In this document: in pieces, positions 1 to 7,689 of the stretch
How the letters are laid out: each line of letters begins with the position of its first letter
How positions within the stretch are numbered: position 1 is the stretch's first letter
Source of the DNA: a virus
Lineage: Duplodnaviria > Caudoviricetes
Reading direction: 5' to 3' (one strand)
IMG/VR virus record: IMGVR_UViG_3300037420_000490
Span: 1-39,963 of that record
Length of the DNA stretch: 39,963 bases
Translations under genes and position numbers: made by a program
Notes under the pieces: model-generated
Database searches by the model: none
The model's input: the letters and a program-made list of their open reading frames with translations, nothing else
What the model was told of the DNA's origin: nothing

Positions 1-93
1 CCTGTACCCGAGTATCCCGTGCTGTGGGTGAGTAACTGTCAGAGCGAGGCGCCGTGGGGCGAGGTCGTGATGATGAAGCCGCAGACTGTCTAA
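1..93 (+). CDS. C-terminal end (partial) of vWA-like/DUF2201-type putative metallopeptidase
   Basis: Frame 1 reads PVPEYPVLWVSNCQSEAPWGEVV...stop at 91-93; P-x-YPVLW...APWG-x-V is the typical C-terminus of phage vWA-like proteins. Confidence 0.55.
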   Translation, partial: PVPEYPVLWVSNCQSEAPWGEVVMMKPQTV

Positions 94-104
94 CAAAGGA
101 GACG

Positions 105-278
105 ATGATGAAGTGGGTTTTCAAGCCACGTTTGAACCTCTTCGACATGGGCTACTTGAGCATCTCTATATCGGCGACGCTCACCGACCACTGGCTAACG
201 GGGATTTTCGTGGTTCTCGCTGGCGCGGTGGTTTCAGCTCTTTGCGAAGTGAAAGCGGGGTACCACAATGTCCGTTAG
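105..278 (+). CDS. small membrane protein, hypothetical
   Basis: AAGGAG RBS at 96-101, ATG at 105; hydrophobic C-terminal helix. Confidence 0.6.
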   Translation: MMKWVFKPRLNLFDMGYLSISISATLTDHWLTGIFVVLAGAVVSALCEVKAGYHNVR

Positions 279-807
279 CAAGGAAGTGCTCAAGGTCGTT
301 GCCGAGATGCCCGGCGTCGAGGCGAACGACATTGTCGAGCTGATGCCCAACGTGAACGCGTCCACTGTCAAATCGGCGCTGACGTTCCTGGCGCAGAAGG
401 GCAAGGTCGACCGCGAGCCGACACTCATCAAGACGAAGCTCGGCACCCGCAAGTCGTTCAGCTACCGCTTGCCAGCCAAGGCGAACGGGCACGCGAACGG
501 AACGGCACACGCTGTGCCGGCGCCTTCACCGCAAGCCCCGCCCCCGCGCAAGCAGCTGGCCAGCCTCAAGGGCCAGCTCGCCGCGGCCGAGGAGGAACTT
601 GCCCGGCTGCGCCAGTGGAAGGCCGAGGCGCTCGAGCGCTTCCCCGAGCTGCGCGTCAAGCCCGAGGTTCTCGAGGCCCGCAAGATCGTCAGCGGACTGG
701 CGAGCGACAGCGGCGACAAGGACCTCGCGGAGCGGGTGATGCGCGGCGAGTGTGACAACAAGCTCACCATCCGCGCGGTCGTCGAAGCACTGGAGAAGGT
801 TGCATAA
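268..807 (+). CDS. hypothetical protein, N-terminal winged-helix-like domain plus coiled coil
   Basis: 179 aa ORF; N-terminus ...EANDIVELMPNVNASTVKSALTFLAQKGKVDR resembles a wHTH. Confidence 0.6.
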   Translation: MSVSKEVLKVVAEMPGVEANDIVELMPNVNASTVKSALTFLAQKGKVDREPTLIKTKLGTRKSFSYRLPAKANGHANGTAHAVPAPSPQAPPPRKQLASLKGQLAAAEEELARLRQWKAEALERFPELRVKPEVLEARKIVSGLASDSGDKDLAERVMRGECDNKLTIRAVVEALEKVA

Positions 808-810
808 GCA

Positions 811-982
811 GGGGTACCAATGCCGGTGTTTTCCCGCGAGGTTTTCCATCGGCTCCGCCTAGCTGGTTCGAGAGGCGGCAGTATCACCAGCAGTACGGCG
901 GGCGAGCTCACCTCCCTCTCGCCTGGGCCGACCGTCGCCGGGGGCTCGCGGAACTCCTACCCGCGAGGCCGTTAACCCCGGC
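811..982 (+). ncRNA. putative structured intergenic RNA (four hairpins)
   Basis: Stems 822-828/847-853 (GCGA tetraloop), 855-860/873-878, 899-906/918-925, and 937-943/976-982 enclosing 945-951/961-967; no convincing ORF; strand uncertain. Confidence 0.35.
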
Positions 983-999
983 ACTTAACCGGGTTAAGT
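983..999. promoter_or_regulatory. 17-bp palindrome ACTTAACCGGGTTAAGT, copy 1 (operator-like)
   Basis: Perfect inverted repeat around a central G, immediately upstream of the AGAGGAG RBS of the 1015 gene; recurs at 1661, 5094 and 11133. Confidence 0.75.
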
Positions 1000-1014
1000 A
1001 AGAGGAGACTACTA

Positions 1015-1653
1015 ATGGCCACGGTAAGATTGACGAACGACCTGTGCTACCAGGTCACCAGTACGATGCGGGCCGGCTTCGACACGCGTCGCAAGCAGCT
1101 AACGGAAAGCACGCTCAAAGCTCTCGACATCGAGCAGCTGGCGCGGGATTTCCGAGCGGCCCATCTCGACACCGAGGGCGTAACCGAAGCGGCCATCGCA
1201 GCTTTGCCGGCTGGGTGGATAAGCCGCCAGACGGCTGTGTCACTGGCCTCGGTCAATGGGGTCCGCAGTCCTGTGGGGCTGAACCTCAGCTTCATATCCG
1301 ACGGCCTGCCGATGAGGTTCGGCGCGTCGCATTACGGAATGTCCATCGACCACCCGACCCTGCAGCCGTACGCGGACAAGCTGACGCACGCGAGCAAGCA
1401 ATTCACCGACCTGCAGGCAGAACAGACCCAGGCGATCGGTGCGGTGGAGTCGATCTTTCGCCAGTGTCGCACGCTCAAGCAGGCGGTCGAAGTTTGGCCG
1501 GCGCTGCTCGACCTGATGCCGGACTACATTGTCGCTACCCACAACGCCCCCGCCGAGAAGCGCGAGAAGGTCACGCCGTCGCTGAACCCGAATCTCGTGG
1601 ACGTGCTCAACGGCGCGGCGGTCAAGAACAAGCTCGCCTCGGCGATCAGCTAA
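1015..1653 (+). CDS. Nmad5-like (nucleotide modification-associated domain 5) protein
   Basis: AGAGGAG RBS; N-terminal MATVRLT and C-terminal RTLKQAVEVWPALLDLMP match the family pattern as recalled. Confidence 0.55.
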   Translation: MATVRLTNDLCYQVTSTMRAGFDTRRKQLTESTLKALDIEQLARDFRAAHLDTEGVTEAAIAALPAGWISRQTAVSLASVNGVRSPVGLNLSFISDGLPMRFGASHYGMSIDHPTLQPYADKLTHASKQFTDLQAEQTQAIGAVESIFRQCRTLKQAVEVWPALLDLMPDYIVATHNAPAEKREKVTPSLNPNLVDVLNGAAVKNKLASAIS

Positions 1654-1660
1654 ATGAGCC

Positions 1661-1677
1661 ACTTAACCGGGTTAAGT
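1661..1677. promoter_or_regulatory. 17-bp palindrome ACTTAACCGGGTTAAGT, copy 2
   Basis: Identical to copy 1; intergenic, upstream of the AAAGGA RBS of the 1696 gene. Confidence 0.75.
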
Positions 1678-1695
1678 CGCCCAGAAAGGATCAGC

Positions 1696-2031
1696 ATGAC
1701 CGACAAGCCGACAGATGAGAAAGAGGCGCTGGAACGCGCTGAAGAATTGGTTGTCAGCCAAGCGCGGCTGTCGTTTGATCCTTCGCGCGTCGCTATCAGG
1801 CGTGACGACCTACGTGTGCTCGTTCGTCTAGCCAACGCCATGCACCAAGCCTCCGATACAGGGGACGATGATGCGGAGTTGATCGAGTTGCTTGAACTGG
1901 CGGGGGATTACGGCTGTGACGTTTTCAACAGCTTCCCCGATAAAACCAGTCCGTGCGCGCTTCGGGTGGAGGCAGACGTCAACCGCTTTAACGCGGCTCG
2001 CGACCGCCTCCAAGCCAAAGCTCATGACTGA
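1696..2031 (+). CDS. hypothetical protein
   Basis: AAAGGA RBS then ATG at 1696 (in frame with ORF 1654..2031). Confidence 0.6.
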   Translation: MTDKPTDEKEALERAEELVVSQARLSFDPSRVAIRRDDLRVLVRLANAMHQASDTGDDDAELIELLELAGDYGCDVFNSFPDKTSPCALRVEADVNRFNAARDRLQAKAHD

Positions 2032-2638
2032 TACCCGCCTCTACACCAACGAACGTCGCCCGCCACCGCCCACGTTCGCGCAGGACGTCGCCGAAGCGCG
2101 CCTGTCGATGCGCCGGCTGCAGGAGAAATATCACACGTCCCCGCCGACACTGCGACGGTGGGCCGCGGAGACGGGCGTGTCACTGGCGAACTTCCCGAGC
2201 ACCGCCGGCCGGTGGAGCACCGAACCGCCAGACTGGCGCACCCTGGCGCCGACCATGACCGTGCGCGAGCTCATGCAGCACTATCAGCTCAGCGGCACAT
2301 CCGTGCGCTGGCTGGCCAAGAAGACCGGCGTTACGCCGAAACGGGCGAAGCGGGGACGCAAACGCATCGGTCCGACCCCACCCATCGGCCCAACCATGAC
2401 TGATCTCGATGCCGCCGCGCATCACCTGCGCCGGCATTACAGCCGGGTGCATCGCTGCGATATCCTGCTTTACGACAGCGGCGACATGGCGAACCGGCGC
2501 ATCACGTGGGGCGACGAGCGCGGGCTCGCGAACCACGGGAAGGACCAGTATTTTGTTGACACATTGGGGATACTTGCTAACAAGGATGTGGTTGAGTTAG
2601 CACGATCCCTCGGTTGGAAGGGAGCTCACGATGGCTAA
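2024..2638 (+). CDS. protein with two tandem HTH-like repeats
   Basis: ATG at 2024 overlaps the previous gene end; repeats PP.F/W...A..L/M...L...Y..S....R(R)W.A..TGV occur twice. Confidence 0.6.
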   Translation: MTDTRLYTNERRPPPPTFAQDVAEARLSMRRLQEKYHTSPPTLRRWAAETGVSLANFPSTAGRWSTEPPDWRTLAPTMTVRELMQHYQLSGTSVRWLAKKTGVTPKRAKRGRKRIGPTPPIGPTMTDLDAAAHHLRRHYSRVHRCDILLYDSGDMANRRITWGDERGLANHGKDQYFVDTLGILANKDVVELARSLGWKGAHDG

Positions 2639-2771
2639 GCCGTACAAAGATTATCGCGACGTGATGAAGGCCAAGGGCATGAAGCTCGGGCCCATTGTTC
2701 TGCGCACCAAGAAGGGCAAGGGGCACTGGCGGGTCGTCAGTAGCTGTTTGCCGTTGGAGGAGGTCAAGTGA
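2631..2771 (+). CDS. small basic hypothetical protein (46 aa)
   Basis: GGGAG RBS; MAKPYKDYRDVMKAKGMKLGPIVLRTKKGKGHWRVV...; overlaps both neighbours; not in the ORF track. Confidence 0.55.
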   Translation: MAKPYKDYRDVMKAKGMKLGPIVLRTKKGKGHWRVVSSCLPLEEVK

Positions 2772-2938
2772 TATCCGACGATCGCGATCGACAGGAATCC
2801 TTCGGCCCGGCTGTGCTCTGGGCACTGCGCCAAGGTATCGGCAAGGGCCAGTCCGTCACGGTTAAAATAACCGACGCCACATGGCTCGATCGGCCGATTG
2901 GCTCATGGCAGATCACTCTGGAGCGAGTGGACAAGTGA
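2768..2938 (+). CDS. small hypothetical protein (56 aa)
   Basis: GGAGGAGG RBS, GTGA start/stop overlaps at both ends; not in the ORF track. Confidence 0.55.
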   Translation: MISDDRDRQESFGPAVLWALRQGIGKGQSVTVKITDATWLDRPIGSWQITLERVDK

Positions 2939-4896
2939 AGCTCGTCTCCTTCGACGTTGAGACCCGCGGCACGGATGTGGGCTATGCCCTGCAGCCGTTC
3001 CGTGCGCGCAGCGACGAAGCCTGGATCACCATGTGGGCGTGCGCCACCAGCGCCACGCGGGCCAAGGGCGTGAACCTAATCGAGCCCGACCCGACCGCTC
3101 GACGAGTGCGGTCGATCGCGTCTCTCGGCGCGTGGCTGCGCGAGTGCGCCAAACGGGGCATCACCATTGCCGGGTGGAACACCGCGTTCGATATGGCGTG
3201 GCTGATCGCGCTCGGGCTGCGCGACGAGGTATATGCTAACAAGTGGCTCGACGGCATGCTGCTGTGGAAGCACCTGACCGCGTCGCCGCCGTCCTACGGC
3301 GTCAAGCCGCTGCGCTACGGCCTCAAGGAGGCGGTCACGGAGTTCTACCCGGACGAGGCCGGCTACGAGCAGGATATCTCATTCGACACCGACGATCCCG
3401 AGGAGCTCAAGGCCCTCGAGGAATACAACCGCAAGGATGCCCTGTTCACGTGGCGCCTGACGCAGAAATTCTGGAGCGAGCTCGACGCAGATCAGCGCCG
3501 CTGCGCGCTGATCGAAGCTGCGTGCCTACCGATGGTCGCGGAGTCGTACGTCGAGGGCCTGGCGGCTGACGGCGAAGCGGCGGATGTGCTCGCGGCCAAG
3601 CTCGAGGAAACCGCGAAGCTCGCGATGGTCAAGCTCAAGCTCAACACCGACGAAGAAATCACCGACGAGTTGCTTGCCTCCACCGTGCAGCTGCGCACCC
3701 TCCTGTACGACAAGTGGAAGCTGCCCGTCGTGAAGTACACCGACAAGGGCAATAGCTCCACTGACCGGGACGCGCTCTCGCAGCTTGCGCCGACGGATCA
3801 GCGAGCGGGACTGCTCAACGAGTACCGGGAAGCTCGCAACAACCGAACCAAGTTCGCCCTGGGAGCGGCTAACTCGCTAACATACAACGGCGACGGACGG
3901 GTGCGCCCTTCGGCGCGCGTGTTCGGGACCTACACCGGCCGCATGACGTACGGCTCGAAGATTCTCAAGGGCAAGGAGGAGCGGCCGACGGGCATCGCGC
4001 TCCACCAGTGGAAGCGCGCCAAGGAGTTCCGGGACATTATCCTCGCGCCGCCGGGCTACACGCTCCTCGAGTTCGACTTCGCCGGCCAGGAGTTCCGCTG
4101 GATGGCGGTCATGTCGGGCGATCGGACCATGCTCGAGATGTGCGCCCCCGGCGAGGACGCGCATGCTTACATGGGCGCCAAGATCGGCTCCTGGCAGTAC
4201 GACGACCTCAAGCGCGCGCTCGAGGAACAAGATGTCCGCCTCGCGCTCGCCAAGAATCTCCGCCAGATGGGCAAGGTCGGCAACCTCAGCTGCCAGTACC
4301 GCACCGGCCCAGCGGCGCTGATGCGCGTGGCGCGGGTCAACTACCAGCTGCCGCTGGAAGCCAAGCAGGCGCGGGCGATCCACGCCACGTACAGGGCAAC
4401 ATATCCAGGTGTGCCGCGGTACTGGGACAAGCAGATCCGTGACGCGCGCATCGACGGCTACGTCAAGACGATCGCCGGCCGGCGCATCCAGATCGGCACC
4501 GGCGATACCTGGGGTGCGCGGCTTGCCGTGCTTGAGAACCTGGGCGGAGACGACATCATGGAAGTCGATCTGCCCGATCGGACCTGGCAGTGCGAGTCCA
4601 CCGCGATCAACGCACCCATCCAAGGATCAGGCGCGGACCAGAAGTACCTAGCGCTGCTCGTGCTCAAGGATATCCTCCCGCTGTACGAGGGACGGTTCTA
4701 CTTCGAGCTCCACGACGGCATCTACGTGATCGTGCCCGATCGCTACGCGGCCAAGGCGTACGCTCACATCAAACGCGCACTGTCTAACCTGCCCTACAAG
4801 AAGGCCTGGGGCGTCGACCTGCCGATCGCGTTCCCGGTCGACGGGAAGGCCGGCAAGGCGTGGGGCAGCATGGAAGAACGAAGGGACTGGGTGTGA
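2935..4896 (+). CDS. family A DNA polymerase with 3'-5' exonuclease domain
   Basis: ExoI FDVET, ExoII WNTAFD, ExoIII YNRKDA; TGRM; motif A DFAGQEFR, motif B RQMGKVGNLSCQY, NAPIQGSGAD, motif C LHDG; GTG start overlapping the upstream stop. Confidence 0.93.
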   Translation: MKLVSFDVETRGTDVGYALQPFRARSDEAWITMWACATSATRAKGVNLIEPDPTARRVRSIASLGAWLRECAKRGITIAGWNTAFDMAWLIALGLRDEVYANKWLDGMLLWKHLTASPPSYGVKPLRYGLKEAVTEFYPDEAGYEQDISFDTDDPEELKALEEYNRKDALFTWRLTQKFWSELDADQRRCALIEAACLPMVAESYVEGLAADGEAADVLAAKLEETAKLAMVKLKLNTDEEITDELLASTVQLRTLLYDKWKLPVVKYTDKGNSSTDRDALSQLAPTDQRAGLLNEYREARNNRTKFALGAANSLTYNGDGRVRPSARVFGTYTGRMTYGSKILKGKEERPTGIALHQWKRAKEFRDIILAPPGYTLLEFDFAGQEFRWMAVMSGDRTMLEMCAPGEDAHAYMGAKIGSWQYDDLKRALEEQDVRLALAKNLRQMGKVGNLSCQYRTGPAALMRVARVNYQLPLEAKQARAIHATYRATYPGVPRYWDKQIRDARIDGYVKTIAGRRIQIGTGDTWGARLAVLENLGGDDIMEVDLPDRTWQCESTAINAPIQGSGADQKYLALLVLKDILPLYEGRFYFELHDGIYVIVPDRYAAKAYAHIKRALSNLPYKKAWGVDLPIAFPVDGKAGKAWGSMEERRDWV

Positions 4897-5084
4897 CCTG
4901 CAGAACCTGCCGCGACGCCGGATGTATCCTCGACTGGGGGATTACGTTCTGTCGGTGTCCGGTGGGTCGGCTGGCCGAGGCGTTCCACCACGCCGACGCC
5001 AGAGCATATTTCGCCTGGATGCGCGAGCATCTGGCTCACGAGTACGAAGGAGAAGCTAACGATGAGGCTCGCCATCATGACTGA
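4893..5084 (+). CDS. small Cys-rich (CxxC...CxC) putative zinc-binding protein
   Basis: GTGA overlap with the polymerase stop; TCRTCRDAG...FCRCPVG. Confidence 0.5.
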   Translation: MTCRTCRDAGCILDWGITFCRCPVGRLAEAFHHADARAYFAWMREHLAHEYEGEANDEARHHD

Positions 5085-5093
5085 TTTCAACCG

Positions 5094-5110
5094 ACTTAAC
5101 CGGGTTAAGT
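5094..5110. promoter_or_regulatory. 17-bp palindrome ACTTAACCGGGTTAAGT, copy 3
   Basis: Identical to copies 1 and 2; ends 3 nt before the ATG at 5114. Confidence 0.75.
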
Positions 5111-5113
5111 GAC

Positions 5114-5389
5114 ATGTCGTACCTCACTCCGCCGGCGTCGTGGTTTCAGCCCGCGCCTCCGCCCAACCTTGATGGGAACTTGGTGCAGCGCACGCTGCAT
5201 GAGCTCGTGCAGGCGCACAACTCTCACAACGGTGACATGCACATGTTGCGAACCGAGATGACTCGTATGCGCGGGCAGCTGGACGACCTCCTGGAGCTCG
5301 TCAAGTTTCTGGCGACCAACCCCGACAAGTCGATCGGCGACTGGGCCCGGTACGAGGCTGTCAAAGAGAAATTCAAGGAGGTGGTCTGA
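5114..5389 (+). CDS. hypothetical protein (coiled coil)
   Basis: 91 aa ORF, phage-like codon usage, TGATG coupling to the next gene. Confidence 0.65.
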   Translation: MSYLTPPASWFQPAPPPNLDGNLVQRTLHELVQAHNSHNGDMHMLRTEMTRMRGQLDDLLELVKFLATNPDKSIGDWARYEAVKEKFKEVV

Positions 5390-5661
5390 TGGGCCTGTGG
5401 GATCAGTGTCCTGATGGAAGCGTGGAGCCGAACGGCTTCACTGTTTTCACGATCATCCTCACGGTCATTGTTGGCGTCCTCGGCCCCGCGGCGATCCTCG
5501 TACTCGGGACCATAGCTTGGGCGGCCAAACACCTAACGCCGATCCAGGGCATCTTCCTCGCGATTGGCTCGTCGTGGCTGTGGCTGGGCTTCTTGTGGCT
5601 CAGGCATCGGCGCGTGAATCGGCTCGCCAGGGTCAAGCACGAAATCAACAGGAGTATCTGA
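5389..5661 (+). CDS. membrane protein, paralog A
   Basis: GGAGG RBS; two or more hydrophobic segments; C-terminal LARVKHEINRSI. Confidence 0.7.
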   Translation: MGLWDQCPDGSVEPNGFTVFTIILTVIVGVLGPAAILVLGTIAWAAKHLTPIQGIFLAIGSSWLWLGFLWLRHRRVNRLARVKHEINRSI

Positions 5662-5936
5662 TGATGTGGAAGATTGGCTACAATGGCAAACCTGTTCCCA
5701 GCGGCGATGGGGCGATTACCACGCTTATAGTGGCGATAGTCGCAGCGATCATTATACCTGGCGTTTGCGGGTTCATTTGGGTCGGCAGCAACTACGGCCC
5801 CAGTGGCGTCGCAGTGCTTTCGGCTATTCTCGGGTGGCTGATTATCGGCTGGGCGACGTTTCTCTACGTCCGCACTAAGCGCGAGTGGAAGCTGTCCCAG
5901 GTTCGCAAAGAGATCAATGGAAGCCTGGGCCGATGA
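5661..5936 (+). CDS. membrane protein, paralog B
   Basis: AGGAG RBS, ATG at 5661; hydrophobic segments; C-terminal LSQVRKEINGSL similar to paralog A. Confidence 0.7.
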   Translation: MMWKIGYNGKPVPSGDGAITTLIVAIVAAIIIPGVCGFIWVGSNYGPSGVAVLSAILGWLIIGWATFLYVRTKREWKLSQVRKEINGSLGR

Positions 5937-6391
5937 GCGTTATCGTGTGGGACGGCAAGACCCTCGCCGCCGATCGCCAGGCCACCAACGGCAACCTTAG
6001 TCGCTCCATCACTAAGATCTGGCGCCAGGGCGACCTGCTGGTCGGCGGGACCGGTGATGCTGTGGCCATCCAGGCGCTTCTGAACTGGGTGTCGGGCGGC
6101 TGCAAAATCGAGGCATTTCCGGAGATGTGCCGAAATCCCGACGACGTTAAAGCAACGCTGGTCGTGATCGACCGCGCCGGTACTTTGCGGCGGTTCGAGA
6201 ACGGACCGTACCCGCTGACCTACCACGACGAGATCTTCGCCTGTGGGTCCGGCTGCGACTTCGCATACGGAGCGATGGCCATGGGCGCCGATGCATCTCG
6301 TGCGGTGGAGGTGGCGTCCGAGTTCGATATTTACTGCGGCCGCGGCGTGGATACGCTCGCGTTCGAGCCGGCGTGTGAGCTCGTAGCATGA
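5933..6391 (+). CDS. HslV/proteasome beta-subunit-like Ntn hydrolase
   Basis: MSVIVWDGKTLAADRQAT...K...GSG.DFAYGAM...AVEVASEFDIYCG; ATGA overlap with the upstream stop. Confidence 0.75.
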   Translation: MSVIVWDGKTLAADRQATNGNLSRSITKIWRQGDLLVGGTGDAVAIQALLNWVSGGCKIEAFPEMCRNPDDVKATLVVIDRAGTLRRFENGPYPLTYHDEIFACGSGCDFAYGAMAMGADASRAVEVASEFDIYCGRGVDTLAFEPACELVA

Positions 6392-6702
6392 CGCCTGACG
6401 AGCTCGTGGATTACCTGGTCGGCCTTACCGGCCCTGCCTGGCGTGTCCTCGCAGCGGAGGTTTCGCTGTGGCGTGTCCGCGGCTGTCGCGGCGATGATGC
6501 CCCCGAGGACTTGGCAACCGCCCTCGACCTCGTTCGTGACGAGGCCATGTGGGATGAGATCAAGCGGCGCGTGGCGTCGCGCCGGCGCAAGGCGTACCGC
6601 CAGCGTGTCGAGGCGCGTGACACGGAGGCCCAGACCGAGCGTCGGAACTACATGCGGGATTACATGCGGGCCTATCGGCGCCGCGGCACAGGAGAACAAT
6701 AA
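6388..6702 (+). CDS. hypothetical protein, Arg-rich C-terminus
   Basis: ATGA overlap with the upstream gene; 104 aa. Confidence 0.6.
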   Translation: MTPDELVDYLVGLTGPAWRVLAAEVSLWRVRGCRGDDAPEDLATALDLVRDEAMWDEIKRRVASRRRKAYRQRVEARDTEAQTERRNYMRDYMRAYRRRGTGEQ

Positions 6703-6977
6703 TGGCGACGACGACCACGTTTCCTTCTTATCCCCCGTACGGACAGCTAGGGGGGCTAGCAGATCAAGCCGGTACATGGAGTAATCCCGGGTCTACACCC
6801 TATCGCTACGGTGACATTCTCGTGCGTCGGGTCGCCAACGGCTTCATGGTGATATTTTCACAGATGGGCCTGGAGGGGCGAGAACACGTCGCCAAAGACC
6901 TCGACGAGGTGGCAGATATCCTGAAATCTGAATTGGTTAAGGATGTGCTCAAGAAAGCCACCACTAACAAAAGTTAG
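6702..6977 (+). CDS. hypothetical protein
   Basis: AGGAG RBS, TAATG coupling; VRRVANGFMV motif. Confidence 0.65.
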   Translation: MATTTTFPSYPPYGQLGGLADQAGTWSNPGSTPYRYGDILVRRVANGFMVIFSQMGLEGREHVAKDLDEVADILKSELVKDVLKKATTNKS

Positions 6978-6981
6978 GGGG

Positions 6982-7010
6982 TTGAAACATGCTCACACAA
7001 CCGATAAATA
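6982..7010 (+). promoter_or_regulatory. putative sigma70 promoter containing motif AACATGCTCAC
   Basis: TTGAAA-N17-TAAATA; motif at 6986-6996. Confidence 0.5.
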
Positions 7011-7046
7011 CCTGACTCCACTAACGCGAGTGGAGTACCTCACAAT

Positions 7047-7568
7047 ATGTCTGACAGGAAAGCCGTTACGGAGGCGGTGAACTTTTTGATCCTGGCGCCC
7101 AACTATGCCGGTCTCATCAACGAGATGACGACCATCATAGAAAATTGGGACGAGCACCCGATGGCCTACAGCGGAAAACTGTCGTGTCTCAATGCCTTGC
7201 TGGACGTCGGCCTGCAGAGCCGGGAAGCCTTCGAGCGGCTGCTCAAGCTGGTCGAGGAGAAGCGGAAGCTCGTCCCCACGAACCGCCGCACGGACTACCA
7301 GCGCAACCTGATGCGGGCGCGTCGGGCACGCATCGCCAAGTCGGTGGAGCTGGCGGAGGCGCTCAGCGGGACGAAGATGGATGCCGCCCAGAAGAAGGAA
7401 CACACCAAGACGATCCAGGAGAAGTGGGCCAAGGCTCGCGACGAGTTCATCGCCGGCAAGGGCGATCTCGACTGGAAAGGCCGGAACGCGGCGTCGAACG
7501 AGTTCTGGGAAATGATCGACACGAAGCTCGACCTGAACCTCCGGGACGCGCGAAGAAAGGCTTCATAA
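7047..7568 (+). CDS. hypothetical helical protein
   Basis: GGAG RBS; 173 aa; strong GC3 codon bias. Confidence 0.75.
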   Translation: MSDRKAVTEAVNFLILAPNYAGLINEMTTIIENWDEHPMAYSGKLSCLNALLDVGLQSREAFERLLKLVEEKRKLVPTNRRTDYQRNLMRARRARIAKSVELAEALSGTKMDAAQKKEHTKTIQEKWAKARDEFIAGKGDLDWKGRNAASNEFWEMIDTKLDLNLRDARRKAS

Positions 7569-7569
7569 G

Positions 7570-7629
7570 CCGGGCCCACCTCACCCTTCGAGGCCCGGTG
7601 GGGGCGGAGACGTTGTCTCTCCGCCCCCA
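7570..7629 (+). terminator. double hairpin downstream of the gene (terminator or processing site; no U-tract)
   Basis: CCGGGCC/GGCCCGG 7570-7598 and a perfect 12-bp stem TGGGGGCGGAGA/TCTCCGCCCCCA 7599-7629. Confidence 0.45.
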
Positions 7630-7635
7630 ACTGCG

Positions 7636-7664
7636 TTGACTGAATAGTGTTAGCTTGTTAGCAT
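7636..7664 (+). promoter_or_regulatory. putative sigma70 promoter with extended -10
   Basis: TTGACT-N17-TAGCAT with TGn; overlapped by tandem TGTTAGC repeats. Confidence 0.65.
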
Positions 7665-7689
7665 GTTCGTTGAGCACGGAGTTACTACG

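Noticed and set aside
811-889. tRNA-like element (GGTTCGAG loop, ends in CACCA)
   Set aside because: Stem lengths and spacing do not fit a cloverleaf (no 7-bp acceptor stem, no 7-nt anticodon or T loop); kept only as part of a generic structured RNA candidate.
983-999. CtrA box interpretation of the palindrome
   Set aside because: The CtrA consensus is TTAA-N7-TTAA; here the spacing is N5 and the site is a perfect inverted repeat.
5062-5112. 16-codon minigene MRLAIMTDFNRLNRVK spanning palindrome copy 3
   Set aside because: It has a plausible GAAGGAG RBS and could couple translation to the 5114 gene, but it is too short to support from sequence alone.
7649-7668. Alphaproteobacterial LexA box interpretation of the GTTAGCATGTTC motif
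   Set aside because: That box is GTTC-N7-GTTC; the repeats here have 8-bp periodicity and a GTTA core.
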